64,000 bases of DNA from Rhodospirillales bacterium (GCA_016794005.1 JAEUKY010000207.1:17630-81629); one strand, 5' to 3'; positions 26,144 to 36,047 are shown, numbered from the stretch's first letter. Notes: generated by a model not told the origin, from the sequence alone. Made by a program: numbers and translations.

Positions 26144-27166
26144 TCAGACCGGTGCGGCAACGCCCGAAAGACTGAGGTCCTTCGCCCGGTGGCAGGACAC
26201 CATGCCGCCACCCTCAACCGGTTGAAGCGTGGGCACTTCGACCTTGCAGCGTTCGACCGCATAGCGGCAGCGTGGATGGAACGCGCAGCCGGAGGGCACG
26301 CGCGAAGGATCCGCCACCTCGCCCGCCAGCACGATGCGCTTGGCGCGCTTGCGCGGATCGGGTACCGGAACCGCCGACAGCAGCGCTTCGGTGTAAGGAT
26401 GGCGCGGAGTGTTGAACAGCGCATCCGTCGACGCGAGTTCGACGATCCGCCCCACATACATCACCGCGACGCGATGGCTGACATGCTTGACGACCGACAG
26501 GTCGTGCGCGACGAAAAGATAGGAAAGCCCGATCCGGTCCTGGAGCTCCAGCAGCAGATTGATGATCTGCGCCTGCACGGAAACGTCGAGAGCCGACACC
26601 GGCTCGTCCGCGACGATCAGCGCCGGATTGAGCGCCAGCGCTCGCGCGATCCCGATGCGCTGGCGCTGACCGCCGGAAAACGCGTGCGGGAACCGGTTCA
26701 TGTAGGCAAGCGGCAGCTGCACGACATCCAGCAGTTCCGCGACACGGCGCCGGCGCGCATTGAGATCGCCGATACCGTTGACGAGCAGCGGCTCGCCGAT
26801 GATGTCTGCGATGGTCATGCGTGGATTCAGCGATGAATACGGATCCTGGAAGATCATCTGCATCTGCCGTCGGAGCGGGCGCAGCTCCGTGCGCGAAAGG
26901 CCGGAGACGTCGACTGTCCGTCCGTCTTCGGTTCCGAAACGGATGGCGCCCGCAGTCGGCTGGACCGCGCGCAGGATACAGCGCGAGGTCGTCGTCTTGC
27001 CGCACCCGGACTCGCCAACTAGCGACAGCGTTTCGCCTTTTCCGATCGCGAACGAAACGTCGTCGACCGCCTTCACGTTCCCGACGAGGCGGCGCAGGAT
27101 TCCCCGACGGATCGGGAAGTACTTCTTAAGTCCTTCGACCGAAAGTACGGGATTCCCGGAATTCAT
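26144..27166 (-). CDS. Opp-type oligopeptide ABC transporter ATP-binding protein (OppF-like)
   Basis: ORF 26144..27250 trimmed to the ATG at 27166 ([17 protein letters not shown]), ATGA overlap with the upstream gene. [37 protein letters not shown]. Confidence 0.9.
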   Translation of the reverse strand: MNSGNPVLSVEGLKKYFPIRRGILRRLVGNVKAVDDVSFAIGKGETLSLVGESGCGKTTTSRCILRAVQPTAGAIRFGTEDGRTVDVSGLSRTELRPLRRQMQMIFQDPYSSLNPRMTIADIIGEPLLVNGIGDLNARRRRVAELLDVVQLPLAYMNRFPHAFSGGQRQRIGIARALALNPALIVADEPVSALDVSVQAQIINLLLELQDRIGLSYLFVAHDLSVVKHVSHRVAVMYVGRIVELASTDALFNTPRHPYTEALLSAVPVPDPRKRAKRIVLAGEVADPSRVPSGCAFHPRCRYAVERCKVEVPTLQPVEGGGMVSCHRAKDLSLSGVAAPV

Positions 27167-28170
27167 GTCGCCACCCCTTCGCCGTAGAGGAAGCAGCGAA
27201 CCTCGTGATCGGCGCTTAAAGTCGTTGCCGGCGGCGGTGCCTGGTCGCACTTGCCGGGCATGAAATTTCCGCAGCGCGGATTGAACGTGCAGCCAGGCGG
27301 CCGCGCATAGGGATGCGGGATGCTGCCGGAGATCGTCGCAAGTCGCGACCGCGGCTCGGCGAGAACCGACGGAATCGATCGGAGCAGCGCCTGCGTATAG
27401 GGATGCTTCGGTGCATGGAATATCTCGTCGACCGGTCCGGATTCGACGATCTTGCCCAAATACATGACCGAAACGGCGTCGGCCATTTCAGCGATCACGC
27501 CCATGTCGTGCGTGATCAGCACGACGGCAAGCTTGCGCTCCTCCTGGATTTTTCGGATGAGTTCGAGGATCTGCGCCTGCGTCGTCACGTCGAGCGCCGT
27601 CGTCGGCTCGTCGGCGATCAGGATGCGCGGTTCGGCCGCAAGTGCCAAAGCGATCATCACGCGCTGGCGCAATCCTCCGGAGAGTTCGAACGAATAGGAA
27701 TCGACGCGCTGCTCGGGCCGCGGAATGCCGACCAGATGGAGAAGTTCGATCGCGCGATCGCGCGCTTCCTTCTCGGTCACCCTCTTGTGGAGGTGGATCG
27801 CCTCCATGACCTGATTGCCGATCGTGTAGAAGGCGGAGAGTGAGCTCATCGGCTCTTGGAACACGTATCCGATCTCGCCACCGCGGATGTCGCGCATCTC
27901 GGCGCCAGATTCGTCGAGGCCGACGATGTCGACGAGGCGCCCGTCGTGCCGGCGCAGGACGATCTCGCCGCCCTCGACCTTTCCCGGACGATCGACGATG
28001 CGCAGGATGGAGCGGGCAGTTACGCTCTTCCCGCATCCTGACTCGCCGACGATGCCGAGCGTGCGGCCCGGATAGAGATCGAAAGACGCGCCGTCGACGG
28101 CGCGCACGATGCCTTCGTCGGGCCGGAAATAGGTCTGCAGATTCCGGACGGAAAGGATCGGCTCAGCCAT
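27163..28170 (-). CDS. Opp-type oligopeptide ABC transporter ATP-binding protein (OppD-like)
   Basis: ORF 27163..28218 trimmed to the ATG at 28170 ([15 protein letters not shown]). [37 protein letters not shown]. Overlaps the upstream permease gene by 8 nt. Confidence 0.9.
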   Translation of the reverse strand: MAEPILSVRNLQTYFRPDEGIVRAVDGASFDLYPGRTLGIVGESGCGKSVTARSILRIVDRPGKVEGGEIVLRRHDGRLVDIVGLDESGAEMRDIRGGEIGYVFQEPMSSLSAFYTIGNQVMEAIHLHKRVTEKEARDRAIELLHLVGIPRPEQRVDSYSFELSGGLRQRVMIALALAAEPRILIADEPTTALDVTTQAQILELIRKIQEERKLAVVLITHDMGVIAEMADAVSVMYLGKIVESGPVDEIFHAPKHPYTQALLRSIPSVLAEPRSRLATISGSIPHPYARPPGCTFNPRCGNFMPGKCDQAPPPATTLSADHEVRCFLYGEGVAT

Positions 28171-29296
28171 ATGGGTCCGCCGCGTCCCGCAGGCCGTCGC
28201 CGAGGAAGTTGAAGGCAAGGATCACGATCACGACCGGCACTGCGACGAGAAGCAGCCACGGCGCGATTGCGATCGCTTGGAGATTCTGGGCGTCCTGCAG
28301 CAGAACACCCCACGAGATCGCCGGCGGCCGCAGCCCGAGGCCGAGGAACGACAGGGTCGTCTCGCTGATGATCATCGCCGGCAGCGCCAGGCTGACGGCG
28401 GCGATGATGTGCGACAGGAACGACGGCACCATGTGGCGGAAGATGATGCGCAGCCGCGAAGCGCCCGCAAGCTCGGCAGCCGTGACGAAATCCTCCTCGC
28501 GCAGCGCCAGGAACCGGCCGCGCACGACGCGCGCAAGCTCGGTCCAGCCGATGAGCGAGATGATCACCGTTATCGCGATATAGACCTGGGTCACCGACCA
28601 GTCGCTCGGCAGTGCTGCGGCAAGCCCCATCCAGAGAGGGATCGTCGGGATCGAGCGGAGGATCTCGATCAGGCGCTGGATCGCCGTGTCGATAACCCCG
28701 CCATAAAGACCCGATACACCGCCGAGCAAGATGCCCAGAAACAAGGAGAGCGCCACCCCGATCAGCCCGATGGACAAGGACGTTCGGGTCGCCAGCATCA
28801 GCCGGGACCAGACGTCCCGGCCGAGCTGGTCGGTGCCGAGCAGGAAAAGCGCGTCTTCGGGCACGCCGCGATCTAGTCCCAGAAGGTGTCGGTTCGTTTC
28901 GAACAGGCCGAGGAAGGTGTACGAGTAACCTTCCGCGAACAGCTTGAGGTATCGCCGGTCGCTCGGATCGGGCGCGTAGACCAGCTTGAAAGTTCGCATG
29001 TCGCGCCGCCCCTTCAGGGCGTAGACATGCGGCTTGAAGCTGCCATCCTGGTCGAACCAGTGGATCGCCTGTGGCGGAATGTAGCTGCGCGCCGCGTCAG
29101 TCGAGTGCGGCCCGGTCACCGCAAGAAAGTCCGCGAACAGCGCCATGAGATAGAAAAAGATCACGACGATTCCGCTGATCACCGCGACGCGATGCTTGCG
29201 GAACCGCCACCAGGTCAGCTGCAGCTGCGTGGCTGCCGCGACCTTTTCTTCAGCGGCAGTCACGAACGGCGTGTCTGCCTTCGCCGCTTCGCTCAT
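28163..29296 (-). CDS. Opp-type ABC transporter permease (OppC-like, long N-terminal periplasmic extension)
   Basis: C-terminal 377 codons of ORF 28163..30067. ATG at 29296 (MSEAAKADTPFV...) has an ATGA overlap with the upstream permease. Conserved region ALREEDFVTAAELAGASRLRIIFRHMVPSFLSHII. Confidence 0.85.
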   Translation of the reverse strand: MSEAAKADTPFVTAAEEKVAAATQLQLTWWRFRKHRVAVISGIVVIFFYLMALFADFLAVTGPHSTDAARSYIPPQAIHWFDQDGSFKPHVYALKGRRDMRTFKLVYAPDPSDRRYLKLFAEGYSYTFLGLFETNRHLLGLDRGVPEDALFLLGTDQLGRDVWSRLMLATRTSLSIGLIGVALSLFLGILLGGVSGLYGGVIDTAIQRLIEILRSIPTIPLWMGLAAALPSDWSVTQVYIAITVIISLIGWTELARVVRGRFLALREEDFVTAAELAGASRLRIIFRHMVPSFLSHIIAAVSLALPAMIISETTLSFLGLGLRPPAISWGVLLQDAQNLQAIAIAPWLLLVAVPVVIVILAFNFLGDGLRDAADPYG

Positions 29297-30285
29297 CCGT
29301 GAATGCCCGCCCTGATCCTGGGATCGATCCACATCAGGATCAGATCGGAGATGAACGTGCCGATGACCGTGAGCACGCCGAGAAGCAGCACGATCGTACC
29401 GGCAAGGAACATGTCCTGCGCCACCAGAGCACGCAGCAGCAGCGGCCCGACCGTCGGCAACGAAAGTACGAGCGACACGACGATCGACCCCGAAACGACG
29501 AAGGGCAACAGGTAGCCGATCGTGCTTGCGAACGGATTGAGTGCGGCCCGCACCGGGTATTTCACGATCACGCGCCACTCGGCGAGGCCGCGTGCGCGTG
29601 CGGTCGCGACATAGGGGCGGCGCAACTCGTCGAGAAGGTTCGCGCGCATGATGCGGATGAGCTGGGCGGTGCCGGCCAGCGCCAGGATAAGGGCCGGCAA
29701 CGGCAGGTGCGCCATCAGGTCTTTCGCCTTGCCCCAAGACCACGGGGCGAGCTGGTACTCGGCGGAAAAGAGGCCGCCGACATTGAGGTCGAACAGTACG
29801 AAACCGAAATACATGATGATCAGGGCGAGCAGGAAATTCGGCACAGCGAGGCCGACGAAGCCGATCAGCGTGAACGCGTAATCCGCCATCGAGTACTGGC
29901 GGACCGCCGAGTAGATGCCGATCGGCAGCGCTATTCCCCAGGTCAGGAAGATCGCCGCGAGCGAGACCGCGACGGTGAGCCACAGACGGTCGCCGAGCAC
30001 CTCGGTGACCGGCCGTCCCCATTCCATGGACGTTCCGAAATCGCCCTGCGCCACCCGGCTCGCCCACTTCCAGTACTGGACCCAGATCGGCTGATCGAGA
30101 CCATAAAGCTGGCGCAATGCCTGCGCTTCTTCCTGGCGGACCATCGAACCGGAGGCCGAAAGGCTGGCGATATAGGCATCGACGAAATCACCCGGCGGAA
30201 GCTGGATGATGACGAATGAAATGACGGAGATCGCCCAGATCGTGATCAGGGCGAGTCCGAAGCGCTGGAGCGTGTAGGTAAGCAT
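29293..30285 (-). CDS. Opp-type ABC transporter permease (OppB-like)
   Basis: 330-aa ORF (MLTYTLQRFGLALITIWAISVISFVIIQLPPGDFVDAY...), typical OppB/DppB N-terminus. Confidence 0.9.
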   Translation of the reverse strand: MLTYTLQRFGLALITIWAISVISFVIIQLPPGDFVDAYIASLSASGSMVRQEEAQALRQLYGLDQPIWVQYWKWASRVAQGDFGTSMEWGRPVTEVLGDRLWLTVAVSLAAIFLTWGIALPIGIYSAVRQYSMADYAFTLIGFVGLAVPNFLLALIIMYFGFVLFDLNVGGLFSAEYQLAPWSWGKAKDLMAHLPLPALILALAGTAQLIRIMRANLLDELRRPYVATARARGLAEWRVIVKYPVRAALNPFASTIGYLLPFVVSGSIVVSLVLSLPTVGPLLLRALVAQDMFLAGTIVLLLGVLTVIGTFISDLILMWIDPRIRAGIHG

Positions 30286-30290
30286 GCGAA

Positions 30291-30321
30291 CTCAACCCCC
30301 GGAGCTGGTCCGGGGGTTGAG
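30291..30321 (-). terminator. Intercistronic perfect 12-bp stem-loop between SBP and first permease gene
   Basis: CTCAACCCCCGG (30291-30302) and CCGGGGGTTGAG (30310-30321), with a 7-nt loop. On the mRNA the 3-prime arm (CCGGGGGUUGAG) ends 5 nt before the oppB-like AUG (30285), so it covers the likely SD. Confidence 0.5.
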
Positions 30322-30350
30322 CCGCGATACGACGTTAAGAGTGTGCCCGG

Positions 30351-32393
30351 TCAATTCTTGTAGAACCAGGTTTCCGGATGCGCGCCGCCCGGCGTACGGC
30401 AGTGCTGGGCGATGCAATTGCGCGACGGGATGTTCCCGAGGCGCTCGCTGACGAGGCGTACGCCCATCAGCGCCGGCGACTGGCCGACCGTTCCGATCGC
30501 GTACTGCTGATCGATCAGGATCTTCCAGATTTCCTGGGCCGTCTTGATGCGCTCGTCGGTCTTCTGGCCGGCGGCCGACGTGAAGAGCTCGAGCATCTTG
30601 AGGATGTTCGGGTCTTCCGGCTTCTTGCCCTGCGTTCCGCCCGATGCGTACCACTTGGCATGCTCCGGACCCATGAAAGCCTCGGTCGGATCGACCGGGA
30701 TCGCATGGCGCGGGAACAGGTAGAGAAGTTCCGTGCCGCCGTTGTTCCACACCATGATGTGGTGCTCGTTGTTCTGCGTGCGCGTGAAGGCGAGATTGCG
30801 TTCCGTGTCGCGCACGTCGGCTTGGATGCCGACCTTCGCCCACTGGTCGGCGACCATTTCGCTGATCTTCGGCCAGGGCAGGAACGCCTGCACGGCCTGG
30901 ATCTGGATGCGCAGCCGCTGACCGTTGTCCGTACGGACCCGGAAGCCTTGCGCATCCTTCCGCGAGAGGCCGATCTTGTCGAGCATCTCGTTGGCAGTCT
31001 TCTGGTCGAACGTCGACCACTTCTCGCGCCAGCCCGGACCCGGGAAGTACGGAAGCGCTTCGCCCGGTGCCGTCGAACCCGGCACGGCGACGCCGAGCCA
31101 GAACGTCTCGTTCAGCTGCTTGCGGTCGATCGCCAGCGACAGCGCGCGGCGGAAGTCCGCGTTGCGCAGCCACTTGGCGATCTCGGCGTCGGCGTCGAAG
31201 CTCTGGTTGAAGTGGTAGATCGCGTCCGTGCCGTTGAGCGCGAGATCGAGATGGACCTTGTATTTGCCGCGGGCCTGGTTCTCAAGAAGGACCGGCAGCT
31301 TGCCGAGATCGATGTGGCGCTCCTGCAGGTCGTAGTCGCCCGCCATCGCGCGCAGGTTGAGCACCTCGAGGTTCTCGACGACCGTCATCTGGACGCGATC
31401 GAGATACGGAAGCTGGTTGCCCGCCGTGTCGACGGCCCAGTAGAACGGGTTGCGTTCCATGACCCACACGGCATTGTTGATCGGCTGCACCGTGCGGAAA
31501 GGTCCGAGCACCGGAAGTTCCGGATTGAGCGTCCAGTCCTTCTTGAAATGCAGACGCGCGATCCAGCTGTCGAAGCCTTCCGCGCGGGCCGCGGCATTCG
31601 CCGCATCGGCACCGCCCGGCATGAACTTCGGCAGGAACTTCTTGAGGTAGTGCGCCGGCGCGTAGGCGCCGTGGCTGCGCTTGTTCGACTGGCGTACCGC
31701 CTGCCCACCGCCGATGAGCGTGTCGCCGCCCATCAGGTCCTCGAACAGGTAGAACGGCACCTCGAACACGAAGTTAACAGTGTAATCGTCGACCTTGACG
31801 ATCTTGCCGGGCTTGCCCGCCGGCGTCATGTCGGGGATGCCGACCGGGAGGATCTCCTTGTTGGAGTAGATCTCCTCGAACCAGAAGACGAAATCGTCCG
31901 CTGTCATCGGCGCGCCGTCCGACCAGCGCAGGCCACGACGCAGGTTGAGGGTGAAGACCTTGCCGTCGTCGCTCATCTTCCACGACTTGGCGAGCGACGG
32001 GTTGACCTTGGCACCCGTGTGGTCGACCAGCATCGGCCGGTCCGACGCGTTGATTCGGTTGCCGTTCTCGTCGTCCCCCGGGCCGGTGAAGCCGCGGCGC
32101 CACGTGCCGCCGTACTTGCCGATTTCCTTGACCGGCTTGATGACCATCAGGTCCTGCGGCAGGCGGTCCTTGACCGCCGGCAGCTTGCCCTGCTTCACGA
32201 GATCCGCGAGCTGCGGGGCCTCGTTGAAGGTCTTTGGCCACTGGGCCTGGTCGGTGACGATCGTGATGCCCTCGGGCGTGCCGACGAGCCCGGACTGGCC
32301 GAGCGACGACTGCGCCGACGCTGGCGACATCGCCCCCACGGCTAGAACGAGTCCCAGCGCCAACTGGGCCATCAACGGCGAATTGAATGCCAT
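30351..32393 (-). CDS. ABC transporter substrate-binding protein, family 5, unusually large (680 aa)
   Basis: 680-aa ORF with a Sec-type signal (MAFNSPLMAQLALGLVLAVGAMSPASAQ) and family-5 SBP core motifs. First gene of a 5-gene minus-strand operon. Confidence 0.9.
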   Translation of the reverse strand: MAFNSPLMAQLALGLVLAVGAMSPASAQSSLGQSGLVGTPEGITIVTDQAQWPKTFNEAPQLADLVKQGKLPAVKDRLPQDLMVIKPVKEIGKYGGTWRRGFTGPGDDENGNRINASDRPMLVDHTGAKVNPSLAKSWKMSDDGKVFTLNLRRGLRWSDGAPMTADDFVFWFEEIYSNKEILPVGIPDMTPAGKPGKIVKVDDYTVNFVFEVPFYLFEDLMGGDTLIGGGQAVRQSNKRSHGAYAPAHYLKKFLPKFMPGGADAANAAARAEGFDSWIARLHFKKDWTLNPELPVLGPFRTVQPINNAVWVMERNPFYWAVDTAGNQLPYLDRVQMTVVENLEVLNLRAMAGDYDLQERHIDLGKLPVLLENQARGKYKVHLDLALNGTDAIYHFNQSFDADAEIAKWLRNADFRRALSLAIDRKQLNETFWLGVAVPGSTAPGEALPYFPGPGWREKWSTFDQKTANEMLDKIGLSRKDAQGFRVRTDNGQRLRIQIQAVQAFLPWPKISEMVADQWAKVGIQADVRDTERNLAFTRTQNNEHHIMVWNNGGTELLYLFPRHAIPVDPTEAFMGPEHAKWYASGGTQGKKPEDPNILKMLELFTSAAGQKTDERIKTAQEIWKILIDQQYAIGTVGQSPALMGVRLVSERLGNIPSRNCIAQHCRTPGGAHPETWFYKN

Positions 32394-32483
32394 TTTTCCC
32401 CCCTGCTATCAGGTCAGCTATCTGCCCGACTTGTTCCGGATAGTAGAACACACTTGGTCCATACCGAGTCAAGCGCGCACGAC

Positions 32484-32523
32484 GCCCGGGGATACCCGGG
32501 CCGGATCGCCCGGGCATGCCCGG
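32484..32523. promoter_or_regulatory. Two adjacent CCCGGG-core palindromes in a divergent promoter region
   Basis: GCCCGGG-GATA-CCCGGGC (32484-32501) and the perfect 14-nt palindrome CCGGGCATGCCCGG (32510-32523). They lie between the SBP start (32393, minus) and the mlrC-like start (32609, plus). Confidence 0.3.
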
Positions 32524-32608
32524 AAATAGCGCAATCCGTCGATCGCACTTGCGCCGGACGGGGCACGACGCTCGAATGTGCGGCAGTACGGTCCACCGGA
32601 GGGCGAAG

Positions 32609-34102
32609 ATGAAGCGGATCCTTGTCGTCGAGTGCATGCAGGAAATCTCGTCCTTCAACCCCCTCCAGTCCGGGTACGAAGACTTCTTCATCCAGCGCGG
32701 CCCGGCGATCCTCGGCCAGCGCGGCACCAACCAGGGTGTGGGCGGGGCGCTGGCGGTTTTCGACGCGGCCGGCGACGTCGAGGTCGTCCCGGCGATCTCG
32801 GCGCGCGCGGGCAGTGCGGGCCTGTTGTCGGCCGCCGGCTGGAAGCGGCTTTCGGGCGAGATCCTCGACAGCGTGCGGAGCAGCCTCGAGCGGATCGACG
32901 GCATCTATTTCTCGATGCACGGCGCCATGGGCGCCGACGGCGAGCTCGACCCGGAGGGCTATCTGCTCGAACGGGTGCGCGCGATGGTCGGCCCGAAGAT
33001 GCCGATCGTCATCTCGCTCGACCTGCACGGCATCCTGACCGACCGCATGCTGCGCCATTCGACCGGCTTCGCGATCTACCGGACCTATCCGCATGTCGAT
33101 TTCGCCGACACGGGCGAGCGCGCGGCCCGCCTGCTGCTGCGCCTGATCGCCGGCAAGGCGCGTCCGGAAATTGCCCGCGTGGTCATCCCCGCTCTCGTGC
33201 GCGGTGACGAGCTGATCACCAAGAACGGCTGCTACGGCGAACTGCTGCGCGAATGCCTGCGCCTGGAGCGCGACGGCGTGGCGATGGCCGCCGGCATCAT
33301 GATCGGCAACCCGTTCACCGACGTGCCCGAGCTGTGCTCGCAGGTGCTGGTTATGACCGACGGCGATCGCGCCGCCGCCGAGCACGAAGCCACCCGCCTA
33401 GCGCGCGACTTCTGGAACCTACGCTTCCGCATGCAGGGCAAGCTCATCTCGGTCGAGCGCGCGATCGCGCAGGCCAAGAGCATCGACGGCCCCGTCATCT
33501 TCACCGATGCGGCGGACGCCACGTCGTCCGGCGCCTCGGGCGACAGTGCGGAAATCCTCCGCGCGCTGAAGGACGCCGGTTACGACCGCCGCGTCCTCGC
33601 CCCGCTGATCGACGCCAAGGCGGCACAGGCCGCGCACAAGGCCGGCGTGGGCGCCACCATCGAGGTCGATCTCGGCGGGACCGTCGACCCGAAGCGCTTC
33701 AAGCCGATGCGCGTGAAGGCCACGGTGAAGCTGCTGTCCGACGGCAGCGCGCGGCTCGAGACGATGAAGGCGCCGCTGGCCGGCGGCCCCACGGCGGTGC
33801 TGACGTTCGCCAACTTCACGGTCGTCGTGATGAGCCTGCCGGTCTTCCTGTTCGACCGGGCGATGTTCTTCGCCAACGGCCAGAACCCGACCGACTTCGA
33901 CCTGATCGTCGTCAAGTCGCCGCACACCGAGAACCACATGTTCGATGCGTGGACCGACGCGAACTTCAACGTCGACGCGCCCGGCGCGACGTCGGCCAAC
34001 CTGAAAAGCCTCGGCCACACGATCTGCGCTCGGCCGGTCTACCCGCTGGACGAGAACGTCACGTTCACGCCGGCGGCGGCGTTCTATACGCCGTCGAAAT
34101 AG
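32609..34102 (+). CDS. M81-family metallopeptidase (MlrC / microcystinase C-like)
   Basis: Part of ORF 32516..34102. ATG at 32609 (MKRILVVECMQEISSFNP...), an MlrC-type N-terminus. About 497 aa. Divergent from the Opp-type operon. Confidence 0.8.
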   Translation: MKRILVVECMQEISSFNPLQSGYEDFFIQRGPAILGQRGTNQGVGGALAVFDAAGDVEVVPAISARAGSAGLLSAAGWKRLSGEILDSVRSSLERIDGIYFSMHGAMGADGELDPEGYLLERVRAMVGPKMPIVISLDLHGILTDRMLRHSTGFAIYRTYPHVDFADTGERAARLLLRLIAGKARPEIARVVIPALVRGDELITKNGCYGELLRECLRLERDGVAMAAGIMIGNPFTDVPELCSQVLVMTDGDRAAAEHEATRLARDFWNLRFRMQGKLISVERAIAQAKSIDGPVIFTDAADATSSGASGDSAEILRALKDAGYDRRVLAPLIDAKAAQAAHKAGVGATIEVDLGGTVDPKRFKPMRVKATVKLLSDGSARLETMKAPLAGGPTAVLTFANFTVVVMSLPVFLFDRAMFFANGQNPTDFDLIVVKSPHTENHMFDAWTDANFNVDAPGATSANLKSLGHTICARPVYPLDENVTFTPAAAFYTPSK

Positions 34103-34283
34103 GAGACCACAGGTTACCGGTCACCTCGCAATCCCTTGGTTCCGCTCCATGTCATACGGAGACATGGAGAAAACGCCGTGTTTGTATTCACTTGTCAAAG
34201 AGCACGTCGAAGCACAGGAATTCTAAGAATACGCCTTCCGATTGTCAAGAAAATAAGCCTATAGTTGCCCGAGGAGCATGCCA

Positions 34284-35174
34284 ATGAAAGCCGCCAAGGT
34301 CGCCGCGGTGCAGGTCAACATCCGCCACCTCGCCACGCGCGACAATGTCGCCCGCCATCTCGACCTGATCGACGAGGCGAAGGCGCGCGGCGCTTCGCTC
34401 GTGCTGTTTCCCGAACTGTCGGCCACGGGTCACAACGGTAGCCCGGAAGTGGTCCGCGACGCCGAACCGGCCGACGGCCCCATCTTCGCGACGATCGCGC
34501 GGCGCGCGGCCGAACGCGAGATGTTCGTTTCCTACGGCTTCGCCGAACTCAACCGCGGCACGCATTACAACACGCAGGCGCTGGTCGGTCCCGACGGGCT
34601 GGTCGGCCTGCAGCGCAAGACGCACGCTTCCTACGACGAGTTCTTCGTCTTCCGGCAGGCCTACGAATGGGCCGTCTACGATCTGGGCTTCGCACGCGTG
34701 GCGACGGCCATCTGCCATGACAGCGACTTCTTCGAAAGCTGGCGCGTGCTGGCGTTGATGGGGGCGGAAATCGTGCTGCTGCCGCACGCGATCCGCAAGA
34801 TGAACGCGCCCGACGGCACGCTGACGTTCGACGGGGCGGATGCCGACCGTCCGGAGATGGACATCCTCGCTGCCCAGCGCGAACTGCTGACCTTCCCCAG
34901 CATGAAGTTCCACGACGTGATGGCCCGCACGAACTGCGTCTACGGAATGCTGTCGGACCATGTCGGGTTCGACGGGCATTCCACGCATGTGGGCGGGGCC
35001 TACATCCTAGGGCCCGACGGGTTGCCGAAGGCGGCGACCGTTCCTTCGCTGGCCGACCAGATGATCGTCGCCGATCTCGACCCAGCCCTGTTCGAGCGCG
35101 CGCGGACGAACCCGTGGTTCCAGCTTCGCAAGCGCCGCCCGGAAATCTACGGCGAGCTTTCCCGCACGGTCTGA
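34284..35174 (+). CDS. Carbon-nitrogen hydrolase (nitrilase superfamily)
   Basis: ORF 34278..35174. The second ATG (34284) is preferred because GAGGAG (34271-34276) lies 7 nt upstream. Glu-Lys-Cys triad contexts FPELS, LQRKTH, AICHDS. Confidence 0.85.
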   Translation: MKAAKVAAVQVNIRHLATRDNVARHLDLIDEAKARGASLVLFPELSATGHNGSPEVVRDAEPADGPIFATIARRAAEREMFVSYGFAELNRGTHYNTQALVGPDGLVGLQRKTHASYDEFFVFRQAYEWAVYDLGFARVATAICHDSDFFESWRVLALMGAEIVLLPHAIRKMNAPDGTLTFDGADADRPEMDILAAQRELLTFPSMKFHDVMARTNCVYGMLSDHVGFDGHSTHVGGAYILGPDGLPKAATVPSLADQMIVADLDPALFERARTNPWFQLRKRRPEIYGELSRTV

Positions 35175-35185
35175 CGATCCGGGAG

Positions 35186-36025
35186 TTAGAGCGTCGCCTC
35201 GATCGACTGGCGCAGCTCGGCGGTCACCTCGGGCAGCACGCCGAACCAGGCCTTGAAGGCCGGCCGCGCCTGATGCAGCAGCATGCCGAGCCCGTCGACC
35301 GTCGGGTTGCCCCGCTTGCGGGCCGCCGCCAGCAGCGGCGTTTCGAGTGGCGTATAGACGATGTCGGAAACGAGGGCCGTCTTCGGCAGCACGTCGAGCG
35401 ACAGGTCCAGTGCGGGCTGGCCGACCATGCCCTGACTGGTCGTGTTGACGACCATCGCCGCACCGTCGAGCGCCCGGTTCCGGTCGTTCCATGCGATCGT
35501 CGTTATCGATCCGCCGATCTGCGCCACGAGTGCGGCCGCACGCTCCGGCGACCGGTTCACGAGGCGGATTTCGCGAGCACCCCGGTCCTGCAAGCCGACG
35601 ATGACGGCGCGCGCACCCCCGCCCGCTCCGACCACGACGACGGGACCGGCGTCCGCGCGCCAGCCCGGGACGCGATCGACCACGTTTTCGATATAGCCCC
35701 AGCCGTCGTTGTTGAAGCCGTTGAGCGAGCCGTCCGGCCCGACGACGATGCAGTTGGCGGCCCCGATGCGCTTGGCCAGCGGATCTAGATTGTCGACGAT
35801 CTTCAGCGCTTCGACCTTGTGCGGGATCGTCAGGTTGCAGCCCGAGAAACCGAGTGCGGGCAACGCGCGCAGGGCGGCCCCCAGCCCTTCGATCTTGATA
35901 CCGAGCGGCACGTAGACGCCGGCGAGCCCGTGCTTCTGGAGCCAGTAGTTATGGAGCCTGGGCGAGCGCGAATGCATCACCGGCCAGCCCATCACGCCGG
36001 CCATCAAGAACCGTTCCTGCGCCAT
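35186..36025 (-). CDS. aroE: Shikimate/quinate dehydrogenase family protein (AroE-like)
   Basis: C-terminal 279 codons of ORF 35186..36361, ATG at 36025 (MAQERFLMAGVMGWPVMHSRSPRLHNYW). Family motifs SRSPxLHN, CNLTIPHK, NNDGWG, GAGGGARA. Confidence 0.85.
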   Translation of the reverse strand: MAQERFLMAGVMGWPVMHSRSPRLHNYWLQKHGLAGVYVPLGIKIEGLGAALRALPALGFSGCNLTIPHKVEALKIVDNLDPLAKRIGAANCIVVGPDGSLNGFNNDGWGYIENVVDRVPGWRADAGPVVVVGAGGGARAVIVGLQDRGAREIRLVNRSPERAAALVAQIGGSITTIAWNDRNRALDGAAMVVNTTSQGMVGQPALDLSLDVLPKTALVSDIVYTPLETPLLAAARKRGNPTVDGLGMLLHQARPAFKAWFGVLPEVTAELRQSIEATL

Positions 36026-36047
36026 TTCCGTCGTTTCCCTTTTCAGA

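Noticed and set aside
34149-34226. 25-codon ORF (MSYGDMEKTPCLYSLVKEHVEAQEF) in the AT-rich spacer, a possible leader peptide or small protein
   Set aside because: It has no Shine-Dalgarno sequence. Its codon usage is unlike the GC3-rich genes around it, and there is no supporting structure or conservation that I can assess. It is kept only as a note within the spacer finding.
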